Source: a virus (lineage: Duplodnaviria; Caudoviricetes). Taken from it: a stretch of 38,398 nt of DNA. This document shows, piece by piece, positions 26,622 through 35,162 of this stretch; within the stretch, counting starts at the first letter, position 1; each line of letters begins with the position of its first letter. The notes beneath the pieces are model-generated. The model had not been told where the DNA came from and searched no databases. It worked only from the letters and a program-made list of their open reading frames with translations. Position numbers and translations under genes: made by a program. The stretch covers positions 1-38,398 of the IMG/VR virus record IMGVR_UViG_3300033406_000385, one strand, 5' to 3'.

Positions 26622-28340
26622 TTAGAACAGAGTAGGATTGTTTTCAACTCCAAAATCTTTCAATCGCTTATTGGCTAAATCGATGTACCATTGTTTGTTT
26701 AATCTGATGTTTACTTTTACACCGTTCACTTCATCATTAAATATGAAGCAATGCTCCGGCGTATTTTCAATTTTGGCCGGCCGCCCAGTCACAGCATGAA
26801 CCTTAAAAATTCCAGCATCCAATAAGCTCGTCGAAGCAAAAACCCGCAAGCATTTTTCCTTTAGTACCTTATTGCCATGCAGCGCATGTTTGTATTTACT
26901 GCTAACCTTTGAAACCTTCTGAAATTCCTTTAGTTCGTCGCAATCGCCAATTGTTTTTTCAACCGGCATATTATGCACCATGTATTCAATCAAGGCTTTG
27001 TTTACAATTGGTAAGTCATAGTCTAGGCTTCCAAGTTTTTTAACGTAAGCTCCTTTTGATTTGTGCTTTCCTTTCGCATCAACGATGATGTAATTGTTCA
27101 CATCTTTTTGAAACACTTTTTGGTATTCATCGAATTCAAGCTGCAACCGTGTGCGCTTCTCCCACTCATAACAAATGTCGTCGATCAAATCATAATCTTC
27201 ATACTGTCGCAGCTTGATCAAAATGCCATCCGTATTTGATTGAATGATTTTACAGTACGGCTCCAGCTTTTCAATAAGATCAAGCAACAACAATTGGCCG
27301 TATATGCAAACCCTGTTTGCTTGTCGCGGATCATATAACGGATTGTTCATATCTTTCATTGCACCGTATGTTCCATTCAATACAAGCTTCAGCGGCAATT
27401 GCAGTGGATTCTTTTCAGCCTTGTATTGCAGCCTGGTATGATAGATTTCTTCGTATTTCTTAGGATCTTTCATATTTCGACTGCCAAGATTGTATTGGAT
27501 CATCAACGATGGATACAGTGACGCTACGTCCATGTTCAGATAATAGCCTTCACCATGATATTGATTAATTGCTCCATGTACGCCGCCCCAGGCGAACACA
27601 TGCGGAACACCGGCAACCATGATTTCAAGTTTTTTTTCATAATCCCGGTTGTTTGGATCCATATACCAATCAACAACATCACGATATTTTTTTATTCGCA
27701 TAGTCGATGGAAGATCAATGTCGAATTCATCATTATGGTTTTTTTTCGTAGCATCCAAAATGATTGCTGACAACTGAACTTTTGTTTTTGATAGCAAAGA
27801 CAAATCAAGTGTTCGATTCTGGCAAGCCAACTTAACCAAACCCCTATGAGCTTCAAAATCGTCTTTTCTTTGTAAAAACACTTCAATTGTCTGCTCAACA
27901 TCATGCTGGCAATATTGGATTGTTTCATCAATTTCCGCTTCCGTTAATTTCCGATCAATGTCGAATGGAACGCCAGATTCCTTAATGTTGTTTCCCATAA
28001 ACCCTTCGAATGTTTTCAATCCTCGATCCAGCGCATTCATCACATCATAATTGATCAGCGGAATTTTCCGTAATAAGCTAGAAAACTTCCAACCAGGATG
28101 ATCCTCTTTAATGATGTAATCATTGATTTTTTTCGGATCGAAACCGCATAAAATGCCTTTTAAAATCCATTGATCATAATGTTTTGAATTGAAACCAACC
28201 CAAATATCATGTTTGTACTGGTTATGAAATTTTTTCAGTTCTTCGGGATCGTTCACTATGACATAATGAAATTTTTCAATTGGATTGATGATGACAACCA
28301 ACCAATCATACTTAAACACTTCAAAATCAAAGAAAATCAT
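26622..28340 (-). CDS. Family B-like DNA polymerase with 3'-5' exonuclease
   Basis: ExoI DFE, ExoII FN...YD, ExoIII YC..DV; DVASLYPS, K...N.TYG and SNTDG polymerase motifs. Confidence 0.9.
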   Translation of the reverse strand: MIFFDFEVFKYDWLVVIINPIEKFHYVIVNDPEELKKFHNQYKHDIWVGFNSKHYDQWILKGILCGFDPKKINDYIIKEDHPGWKFSSLLRKIPLINYDVMNALDRGLKTFEGFMGNNIKESGVPFDIDRKLTEAEIDETIQYCQHDVEQTIEVFLQRKDDFEAHRGLVKLACQNRTLDLSLLSKTKVQLSAIILDATKKNHNDEFDIDLPSTMRIKKYRDVVDWYMDPNNRDYEKKLEIMVAGVPHVFAWGGVHGAINQYHGEGYYLNMDVASLYPSLMIQYNLGSRNMKDPKKYEEIYHTRLQYKAEKNPLQLPLKLVLNGTYGAMKDMNNPLYDPRQANRVCIYGQLLLLDLIEKLEPYCKIIQSNTDGILIKLRQYEDYDLIDDICYEWEKRTRLQLEFDEYQKVFQKDVNNYIIVDAKGKHKSKGAYVKKLGSLDYDLPIVNKALIEYMVHNMPVEKTIGDCDELKEFQKVSKVSSKYKHALHGNKVLKEKCLRVFASTSLLDAGIFKVHAVTGRPAKIENTPEHCFIFNDEVNGVKVNIRLNKQWYIDLANKRLKDFGVENNPTLF

Positions 28341-28361
28341 CGTTATTCACTCCAAGATTTT

Positions 28362-28403
28362 TAAATTAAAGGGGATGCAACATTTCACATCCCCTTTAAT
28401 TTA
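28362..28403. terminator. Perfect 16-bp-stem hairpin between ssb and pol
   Basis: TAAATTAAAGGGGATG-N10-CATCCCCTTTAATTTA. Confidence 0.7.
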
Positions 28404-28404
28404 G

Positions 28405-28857
28405 TTATTCAGCGTCGAACACATCCGTAATTTCAAACGTGTTAAAGCCTTTCTTTTCTCCGTATTCAACTGCATATTCAAAGTTTCCATCAATCGCTTC
28501 ATGCACGTCCATCAACAACTGTCCATATTGGCTGTATTTATTGAATTCAATATCAACACCGGATTCAAGACTTCGCAAGAACTCATTAACAATATGAATT
28601 TGAAACCCTTGTGTGATGACTTGATACATGAAAATCATTGAATTTTTGTAAGTCCCATTGAGAATTCGCATCCAGCAAACAAACATTGGATCTCCTTTTT
28701 TGGATTCACTCAGTTCAAGCTTCTCGATTTTGATTTCATATTTACCGTGTGGAACATCCTTATATTCACCATGACCGGTTTCTGCTGCTTCAGCAACATC
28801 CTTTGCCAAACCTTCCGTATCAATTGCCTTGTCAAACTTTGTGTAATCAATAGCCAT
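28405..28857 (-). CDS. Single-stranded DNA-binding protein (DUF669-like)
   Basis: VP.GKYE.KI..LE...SKKG.PM motif, acidic ends; follows the Sak4-like ATPase. Confidence 0.8.
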   Translation of the reverse strand: MAIDYTKFDKAIDTEGLAKDVAEAAETGHGEYKDVPHGKYEIKIEKLELSESKKGDPMFVCWMRILNGTYKNSMIFMYQVITQGFQIHIVNEFLRSLESGVDIEFNKYSQYGQLLMDVHEAIDGNFEYAVEYGEKKGFNTFEITDVFDAE

Positions 28858-28907
28858 TTAGCATTACCATCCTTTTTTAATATTTTATTTTGGATGAAAA
28901 ATTAGAA

Positions 28908-30512
28908 TTATTCTCCGCGTTTTCTTCTTTGTCTTGTTATCGGTTTTTGCTCAACAGGTGCAGCAGGTTCCTCAGCCGGATTTGCAACCTCGGATGTTGA
29001 CGATTCAGCCGGTTTTTCGAGTGATTTTTGTTCAACTGGTGCAGGTGTAGTTGGTTTTTTTACGCTCAAATTGGCTTCATCGTAAACTTTCATTAATTCA
29101 TCATAGTCCAGAGGAATTGTATTCGCCGTTACATTCAGCCGGCCACCGCCAAAGATCACTTCATTGGTCTTGAAATTAAGTGTCCGAACGTTATCATCAG
29201 CAATAACCCGGGCGACAATATCAACCATGCCAGCAATCTTATTGGCCGTTTTTTCCTGAAGGTTCGGCTTAATCGCAGTGATCTTGTCGCCGCCTTTTTT
29301 AGTAATGTCCTTGCTGGTGTCCTCATGGCTGATCAATATAATGTTTTCATAATCCAAGTTCATCAGGCGCTTCAACGTTGACAGGAATTCGGTTCTAACC
29401 TTATCCCAGGCGCGAAACGAATCATCAGATTCATGCGTGATCCCCATTTGGTCATACATGTATAGCCGGCAATGGTCGTAACAATCTTCAAGCAGATCAA
29501 CAACGATAGTTTTGAAATCGTTTTGTTTCTTTTCCAGTTCATCAATTGCATCTTTCAGAACTTCCCAAGCAAGCGTTTTTTTCGTCATACGACCATCAAC
29601 TGTTACGACGTTTTTAACTGCGACGTACGGAGCATCAACAAATTTAATATTGCCATCCGTATTCAACATAATTGGATCAGGAAACCGGTTTGCAAGGAAC
29701 GTCTTTCCACTAAACGGAGCACCATATAACCAAATGACCTTCTTTTCGATTTTCTCAATACTGCGTCTTTCGTTTTTTGGTAAAAGCATGTAATCCAACC
29801 CCTTTTCACATAATTCTTGATAGTCGCACCAGCGACACAAATAACTTTTTTCTTTTTCAAAATCTTTGATTTCCAAAACTTGTTTCATCCCAAGCGTGAA
29901 ATCAATTACCTTCTCAACATTAAATTCAACCGGGATAATTTTCGCTTCTGATTTTTCTAGTTCTGCAATAATCCGCTGCCGGAACTGCCGTAAATCTTCT
30001 GTTTTTTTCTGTTTGATTTGAACCTTGGGAACAAACACGAAATACATATTTTTGATTTTTTTACTTGGATTTTGTTTTTCAAAAAAATATTTGTATTCGT
30101 GTAGCTGCCCCGATTCCATATAACGATCAATGTTATTGGAATATTTGAAATCGTACAGATCAAAAGTTCCATCATCGTTTGGTGTTAACAAGTCAAGGAA
30201 CGCAATGAAATCTGAATTCATAATCTGAAGTTCATGTTTTCCATCCGGCAGTAATTTCTTAACTTTGGGAATAAGATATTCAAGTTTGATGATCTCGTTA
30301 ATGTGCATATCATCAATGATGGGAAACGAATTGCAATACTCGCGTATAGCAGTTTGAACATCCTTTTCAATCCCGGTGTGAATTGCTGTTCCTAAAATCA
30401 GCGCATTATCTGCATCTGTTGGTGCAATGGTTTTTAACTTGTCAATATATCGCAGCTTGTACTTGAATTTGCAGCTTTTAAAGCACTCAATTCTTGAATG
30501 GCTGAATTGCAC
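28908..30512 (-). CDS. PD-(D/E)XK nuclease fused to AAA_24/Sak4-like ATPase
   Basis: FSHS...F..C, GTAIH, D...DFK, C.WC.Y...C; then YGAPFSGKT, TIVVD and IILISH. Confidence 0.85.
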   Translation of the reverse strand: MQFSHSRIECFKSCKFKYKLRYIDKLKTIAPTDADNALILGTAIHTGIEKDVQTAIREYCNSFPIIDDMHINEIIKLEYLIPKVKKLLPDGKHELQIMNSDFIAFLDLLTPNDDGTFDLYDFKYSNNIDRYMESGQLHEYKYFFEKQNPSKKIKNMYFVFVPKVQIKQKKTEDLRQFRQRIIAELEKSEAKIIPVEFNVEKVIDFTLGMKQVLEIKDFEKEKSYLCRWCDYQELCEKGLDYMLLPKNERRSIEKIEKKVIWLYGAPFSGKTFLANRFPDPIMLNTDGNIKFVDAPYVAVKNVVTVDGRMTKKTLAWEVLKDAIDELEKKQNDFKTIVVDLLEDCYDHCRLYMYDQMGITHESDDSFRAWDKVRTEFLSTLKRLMNLDYENIILISHEDTSKDITKKGGDKITAIKPNLQEKTANKIAGMVDIVARVIADDNVRTLNFKTNEVIFGGGRLNVTANTIPLDYDELMKVYDEANLSVKKPTTPAPVEQKSLEKPAESSTSEVANPAEEPAAPVEQKPITRQRRKRGE

Positions 30513-30847
30513 CCGATCACCCCCATCACCAGGCTTTTAAATTCTTCAAATCCTTTCGGAAAAAGGATGATCCCAATTCCGCCGGCTTCATTGATCAGTT
30601 TGGTATTCCTTTTTTGCAGCGCTGATGCTTCTCCATTCGGTCCTTTCAGTTCAATTGAAAGGAATATTCCGTTGATACAGCAAAGCAAATCAGGTATTCC
30701 AGATTTTTGATAACCTCCGCCCCACACTTTAACGAACCAACCACAAGGATCCACCGTCATCTTATGCCCTGGAGTTCCAGCAGCATAAACGCCAACTGAA
30801 GTAAAAAACTTTTTCACTCGGTTTTCAAAGATTTTTTCTTGTGCCAT
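30434..30847 (-). CDS. VRR-NUC nuclease / Holliday junction resolvase-like
   Basis: EK.FE, GIPDL...NG.F..IELK...G..S.LQ motifs. Confidence 0.88.
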   Translation of the reverse strand: MAQEKIFENRVKKFFTSVGVYAAGTPGHKMTVDPCGWFVKVWGGGYQKSGIPDLLCCINGIFLSIELKGPNGEASALQKRNTKLINEAGGIGIILFPKGFEEFKSLVMGVIGCNSAIQELSALKAANSSTSCDILTS

Positions 30848-31308
30848 TATTTCACTTCAACTTTCACATAAGCTGATTTGCTTGAAGGTTTGGAACATGT
30901 CTTATAAATTTCAGGATAATTAGCCTTTAATTTTTTACTGTCCACGCTTGTTGAAGTAGTTGCTGCAATATAAGTAATTTTTAAAACCTCATTGTCAAAG
31001 GATTTAACGCCGTTAATTTCCATTGCCGCCTTTAATTTTTCTTTCAATTGCTTTTCATCTTCATCCAATTTCTTTTTCATGGTACAAATATTGGCAATGG
31101 ATTTAATAATTGCAGCCTGGTTGTTTTGGAAAATGAGAAGTGATGCTTGTATGTCCTCTTCAAAAACTGCATTGTCGCAACCATTTAACGGATCGTTCGC
31201 AGAAGGCGTTTTGTTGCAAGCATCTGTGCAGGTTTCTTTTTCAACGCATTGCGAACAACAAATATTTGTTTTTTTCAGTGGGCATTCGCCACTACATTTG
31301 ATGATCAT
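30847..31308 (-). CDS. Hypothetical protein, Cys-rich N-terminus + coiled coil
   Basis: C-x3-C...CC-x2-C-x5-C-x3-C; C-terminal DSKKLK..YPEIY. Confidence 0.75.
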   Translation of the reverse strand: MIIKCSGECPLKKTNICCSQCVEKETCTDACNKTPSANDPLNGCDNAVFEEDIQASLLIFQNNQAAIIKSIANICTMKKKLDEDEKQLKEKLKAAMEINGVKSFDNEVLKITYIAATTSTSVDSKKLKANYPEIYKTCSKPSSKSAYVKVEVK

Positions 31309-31475
31309 TCTTTTACATCTCCTTTCAAATCTTGTGCTATTCCATACAACAGCATTGGAAACAATGGAATTAGCACTTCGCCGCCTATGGCGTCATAACC
31401 GCGCTGCATGCCAGCCAATTCAAACATGACTGGTGTAATACAGAAACAAATTAACGTGAATATCAACCATTTCAT
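31305..31475 (-). CDS. 56-aa membrane protein with RGY.AIGGE motif (not in ORF track)
   Basis: MKWLIFTLICFCITPVMFELAGMQRGYDAIGGEVLIPLFPMLLYG...; ATGA overlaps at both ends. Confidence 0.7.
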   Translation of the reverse strand: MKWLIFTLICFCITPVMFELAGMQRGYDAIGGEVLIPLFPMLLYGIAQDLKGDVKE

Positions 31476-31651
31476 GATAAGAAAACCAGATACAAACCGT
31501 TGTCAGTATCACTTTCGCTTTTGCTAACAATCAATGATTTTTCAATTGGGTGTGCATCTTCAATCAATGATTCACGAACATCACTAACGAAAATTTCAGT
31601 TTCATCATCTTTAATTGCTTTGAGTTTTTTCTTCAATTCACCAACTGTCAC
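31472..31651 (-). CDS. 59-aa acidic protein (not in ORF track)
   Basis: SD GGAGGTGA, GTG start overlapping the helicase stop; MTVGELKKKLKAIKDDETEIFV... Confidence 0.7.
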   Translation of the reverse strand: MTVGELKKKLKAIKDDETEIFVSDVRESLIEDAHPIEKSLIVSKSESDTDNGLYLVFLS

Positions 31652-32931
31652 TTATATTCACCTCCATGATATTTTTCAAACAGATCATCTGTGTAATCTC
31701 GGCCGGATTCCAACGTTGATAACACTTCTTCTTCCACTGAATTCTTGCACATCAGATAATAATAGAAACATGTTTTTTCCTGACCGATACGGTGAATGCG
31801 CTTCTTGCTTTGCATCCAATCTTCACAACTTTGGGTAAGCGTGAAGTAAATAATCTTGTTGGCTTTCTGCAAGTTTAAGCCCTTAGCACCGGCCTGATAC
31901 TGAACAAAAGTGATTGAATCAGATTTTGTTTCATACGCTGATAAATCTTTAACTGAACCGTTCACAACTGACACCGGCCGATCTTCGGCCAACTTTTTCA
32001 TTCGGTCAAGTTCATCATTAAAGTTGTAAAACACAATCAGGCGGTCTTCTGTTGATTCAATCAAGTCTTTGAACGCTTCAAGCTTGTCCTGGTTGAAGTG
32101 CCCACAAAGCTGCCTGGCATATAATCGTTTTGTTAGTGTCGTATCACCAACCAATTCAAAATCTTCCACCGTGATTAAACTGGTTCGCATAAACTTGCGA
32201 TATTCTTTTGAAGTGTCTATTATTATTCGGTTTTCAATCTGCTTTGGTAAATCAAATACTTCTTCCGATTTCATGAATACTGCACCATGTTTGGCAAGTT
32301 TATGCTTTAGCCGGTCAACATTTTTATAACCAATAACATTTTTTCTTTTAAAACCGCTACTGCCATCTTCAACCCATTCAACATCAACATATTGCTGCCA
32401 AAATAAATCCTTTGAAATGCTCCATCCCAGCAAGTGAAGCTGTGACCACAACCGTTCATATTTTCCCGAAGTTGGAGTTCCGCTTAATAGAATTACATTA
32501 TCCGGTCGCATCTTCAGAATGAATTTTGACCGCTTAGCGGTTTCATTTTGGATGATTGATGATTCGTCAAGCATTACTGTTAAATGCTCTAATTTAAGCA
32601 ATTCAGGACGCCTAAATGACAATTCATAATTGATAATTAAAACGTGCTGCCGCCGATCAAGCCCGAAAAGATGAACGTCAACATCATATTTAAAACCTTT
32701 TTTTGTACAATCTATAATTTTTATATTTGGGTAATAGGTTTCAAAGTGATTAATCCAATCATCAATTTTTGATTTTTGGCAAATGAGCAAGTTAGTTACG
32801 GTGTCCAATTGAAGTAACTTTTCCGAACCAACAAAAGTTTTTCCAAGTCCCATGTCAAGATAATAGGCAACCCTATTTTTATCAGCGGTTTGATTCAATG
32901 CCTGTTGTTGGTGAGGGAACAAATTAATCAT
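31648..32931 (-). CDS. SNF2-like (SF2) helicase
   Basis: LFPHQ, DMGLGKT, LDES, LSGTP, GLNLQ and RIHRIGQ motifs. Confidence 0.92.
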   Translation of the reverse strand: MINLFPHQQQALNQTADKNRVAYYLDMGLGKTFVGSEKLLQLDTVTNLLICQKSKIDDWINHFETYYPNIKIIDCTKKGFKYDVDVHLFGLDRRQHVLIINYELSFRRPELLKLEHLTVMLDESSIIQNETAKRSKFILKMRPDNVILLSGTPTSGKYERLWSQLHLLGWSISKDLFWQQYVDVEWVEDGSSGFKRKNVIGYKNVDRLKHKLAKHGAVFMKSEEVFDLPKQIENRIIIDTSKEYRKFMRTSLITVEDFELVGDTTLTKRLYARQLCGHFNQDKLEAFKDLIESTEDRLIVFYNFNDELDRMKKLAEDRPVSVVNGSVKDLSAYETKSDSITFVQYQAGAKGLNLQKANKIIYFTLTQSCEDWMQSKKRIHRIGQEKTCFYYYLMCKNSVEEEVLSTLESGRDYTDDLFEKYHGGEYK

Positions 32932-33793
32932 TTACATTAATCCCTGTAATTAGTAGGAACTTTTCAGCATTAAAATTCGGAATTTCCTTGATGGTTTTTT
33001 TATCTGCAGCATCAAGCGACTTCCACCAATTAATAAATGCAGCATCCGTATTATTTACTTTCAAGTAACCGCCAACCGTCTTATATTCGGGATGTGATTC
33101 CTTCTCTTCATCCGTCATATCACTTTCCCAAACAAACTCATTTGGTCTGAAATCAATGCGGCGTAAAACGGCATATGCTCTGCTGTTTCTCCATTCTCGA
33201 AAAGTCATATTGGTTTCTAAATCGAAAATTTTAATTTTGTGTTCCTCAGTACAAAAACAACCGGTTTCACGATCAGAAATATTAAAGTCACCTGTACAAA
33301 AGTCGCTTTGATTCCTGTTGCCAGTGTTCCTGTTGCCAGTGTTGCAATCGCCAGTGTTCCTGTTGCCAGTGTTCCAATCGCCAGTGTTCCAATCGCCAGT
33401 GTTCCTGTTGCCAGTGTTCCTGTTGCCAGTGTTCCTGTTGCCAGTGTTCCTGTTGCCAGTGTTGCAATCGCCAGTGTTGCAAAGTCCGCTATTTCCTTTA
33501 CCAAGGTTTACGATGGTCAGTAATTCATTCCAAGGAATTTCCCGAACGATTTCAATTTTATTGGTGCAACTCTTATCGTCATTCTCATCTAATTTCCCAT
33601 GTGCAATTACTTCAGCAACTTTATTGTCAGGATTGAAGCTGTAGTAATTAAAGCAATTTTTGGCTTCCTTGCAAAAATGAAACCCTCTGTCGCATACGCT
33701 GGGCGTTATGTCCTGCTCGTAAATCTTGCCAACTTCATACTGAAAACCTCGGCAAGTCCAATCTGGGTTAAATACTTTAAATCCTTTTTGCAT
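32924..33793 (-). CDS. Pentapeptide (NTGxx) repeat protein
   Basis: GFKVF..DW.CRGFQYEVG...GFHFC N-terminal domain, 11 NTG repeats, C-terminal GGYLK and IPNF. Confidence 0.85.
   Translation of the reverse strand: MQKGFKVFNPDWTCRGFQYEVGKIYEQDITPSVCDRGFHFCKEAKNCFNYYSFNPDNKVAEVIAHGKLDENDDKSCTNKIEIVREIPWNELLTIVNLGKGNSGLCNTGDCNTGNRNTGNRNTGNRNTGNRNTGDWNTGDWNTGNRNTGDCNTGNRNTGNRNQSDFCTGDFNISDRETGCFCTEEHKIKIFDLETNMTFREWRNSRAYAVLRRIDFRPNEFVWESDMTDEEKESHPEYKTVGGYLKVNNTDAAFINWWKSLDAADKKTIKEIPNFNAEKFLLITGINVND
33312..33481. repeat. 15-bp tandem repeat, 11 copies, coding
   Basis: GCCAGTGTT every 15 nt from 33320 to 33470 with three 6-nt variants. Confidence 0.95.
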
Positions 33794-33890
33794 TTAACTT
33801 TTCACCCCTTAGTGATATAATTAAATTCAATACAATTTCCCTTTGCGCTCAATGGTCGTTGCAGGACCGTTGGGCGCTTTTCTTTCTGCT
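33793..33890 (+). ncRNA. Candidate ~60-nt antisense sRNA with its own promoter and terminator
   Basis: Extended -10 TGaTATAAT (33813-33821); 13-bp stem 33845-33877 whose two wobbles pair only on the + strand, then TTTTCTTT. Confidence 0.5.
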
Positions 33891-33904
33891 TGTACACATT
33901 TTCA

Positions 33905-34030
33905 TCAATCCTCAATTTCAAACGTCACGTGCTTACCTTCGTCAATGATGACGGCAATACCATGATCATAAGCCCACAAACAATCTTCCAAAGTTACCAA
34001 GTTAGCAGAATTTGGATAAGTCAATTGCAT
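33905..34030 (-). CDS. 41-aa acidic early protein (not in ORF track)
   Basis: SD AAAGGGGGTGA; MQLTYPNSANLVTLEDCLWAYDHGIAVIIDEGKHVTFEIED. Confidence 0.65.
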   Translation of the reverse strand: MQLTYPNSANLVTLEDCLWAYDHGIAVIIDEGKHVTFEIED

Positions 34031-34031
34031 T

Positions 34032-34205
34032 TTATTCACCCCCTTTCGTTATTGCAGTTTTTACCGGATTACTGAACTGGCTTAAATCAACCACTTTTGC
34101 AATAATATGAGCTATGTCTTCCAACGACTTATCGTTCGGGCTGTCGTATGCTTCCAAAATCTTTGGTGGGTTCTTTCCGGTTAAATCCAACCTGACCTTT
34201 ATCAT
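34032..34205 (-). CDS. 57-aa early protein (not in ORF track)
   Basis: SD GAGGTGA just after the cro stop; MIKVRLDLTGKNPPKILEAYDSP... Confidence 0.6.
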   Translation of the reverse strand: MIKVRLDLTGKNPPKILEAYDSPNDKSLEDIAHIIAKVVDLSQFSNPVKTAITKGGE

Positions 34206-34213
34206 CTTTCACC

Positions 34214-34405
34214 TCATACAAATAATTCCAAAGGTTTTTCTGTGATCGCCGCTAGTTTTTTTGCTATTCGCTTACTGATCGATCCGCCATTCTCAATTCC
34301 GCTCAAATAACTTTGTGTAGTTTTTAAAACTGCTGCCAATTGCTCTTGGCTAATCCCGTTGCTTTCGCGAAATTCGCGTACAATTTCAGCTGCTTGCTGC
34401 CCCAA
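34214..34405 (-). CDS. Cro-like XRE HTH protein
   Basis: R...GISQEQLA..L.TTQSYLS.IENG; TTG start with SD AAGGAGGTGA. Confidence 0.9.
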   Translation of the reverse strand: MGQQAAEIVREFRESNGISQEQLAAVLKTTQSYLSGIENGGSISKRIAKKLAAITEKPLELFV

Positions 34406-34421
34406 ATCAATCACCTCCTTT

Positions 34422-34541
34422 ATCATTATTTTTGATTATAAATTGCTCACAGGCACTATCTTATCATTTTTTATGATGTTGTCAATCAATTTTTATGATA
34501 TTTTTTATCTTTTATCCATTTTCAATATCAAGTTTTATGAT
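34422..34541. promoter_or_regulatory. Genetic switch: four ATCA-N7-TGAT operators overlapping the lytic promoter
   Basis: Operators at 34422, 34463, 34485, 34527; minus-strand TTGACA (34485-34480), 16 nt, TAAGAT with extended TG. Confidence 0.8.
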
Positions 34542-34648
34542 AAAATTTTATAAAAAATACTGATAAATACTGTATTTATTTTAAAAAAATATAGTAAAAA
34601 TTGATATTTTTTGATATAGTAAAAATAAAAGATATGGAGGCGGTAATC

Positions 34649-35041
34649 GTGCGGTTTTTGGGTGAAAAATTAGCAAAACTACTAGAAGATAGAAAACTAA
34701 CAGAAGCAGACGCCGAAAAACTAACCGGTGTAAAACAAAACGTGATTAATATGCTGAAAAATGACAAAACAAAAAACCCCAGCCAAGCCATTCTCGATAA
34801 GCTTTGCCAGGGTTTCGGAGTTAACGAATTTTATTTTTATGTTTCAGGCGAAAACGTCGCCGATTATTTTCTAACTCACATGGATATTGAAACGAGGAGT
34901 TTCGTCTTAGGCGTTAGCAATTTGTCACATATCCAATTTGCTATGAAAATGAAAAACACCGGCATTCCAGTAGAAGCACTGGAAGAAATGGTTTCTAGTT
35001 TTCGTCGTTATGCGAATTCTTACCATCCCAAAACTCAATAA
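34649..35041 (+). CDS. CI-like XRE repressor without a recognisable S24 peptidase domain
   Basis: LGEKL..LLE.R.LT......TGV.Q..I..L.N....NPS...L.KL...FGV; GTG with SD GGAGG; divergent from cro. Confidence 0.85.
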   Translation: MRFLGEKLAKLLEDRKLTEADAEKLTGVKQNVINMLKNDKTKNPSQAILDKLCQGFGVNEFYFYVSGENVADYFLTHMDIETRSFVLGVSNLSHIQFAMKMKNTGIPVEALEEMVSSFRRYANSYHPKTQ

Positions 35042-35138
35042 ATTCTTTTTCATACTGCTCGTCCACTAAATACGAACCGTCCGGCAGCCTGATCCACGCG
35101 TATCCACCAACCATATCGATCACTTTGTACTCTGGCAT
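34995..35138 (-). CDS. 47-aa acidic protein, candidate SOS-induced antirepressor (not in ORF track)
   Basis: SD AAGGGAGG; MPEYKVIDMVGGYAWIRLPDGSYLVDEQYEKEFIEFWDGKNSHNDEN. Confidence 0.7.
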   Translation of the reverse strand: MPEYKVIDMVGGYAWIRLPDGSYLVDEQYEKEFIEFWDGKNSHNDEN

Positions 35139-35162
35139 ACCCAAACCTCCCTTAATTTAACT

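Noticed and set aside
23808-28340. Z-genome (2-aminoadenine) or deazaguanine modification system
   Set aside because: A DUF5664-like gene alone is insufficient; no PurZ, DatZ, QueC/D/E, FolE or DpdA motifs visible
28908-30512. Cas4-like domain as part of a CRISPR adaptation module
   Set aside because: It sits in a replication/recombination operon fused to a Sak4-like ATPase; no cas1/cas2 or array
33217-33644. Several alternative-frame ORFs over the 15-bp repeat; possible CRISPR array
   Set aside because: A stop-free 15-mer keeps several frames open; the 6-nt variable parts are too short and recurrent to be spacers; no cas genes
33802-33905. Short minus-strand ORFs (18 and 31 codons) across the antisense hairpin
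   Set aside because: Weak initiation context; the sequence is better explained by the + strand promoter and terminator, though a coupling peptide cannot be excluded
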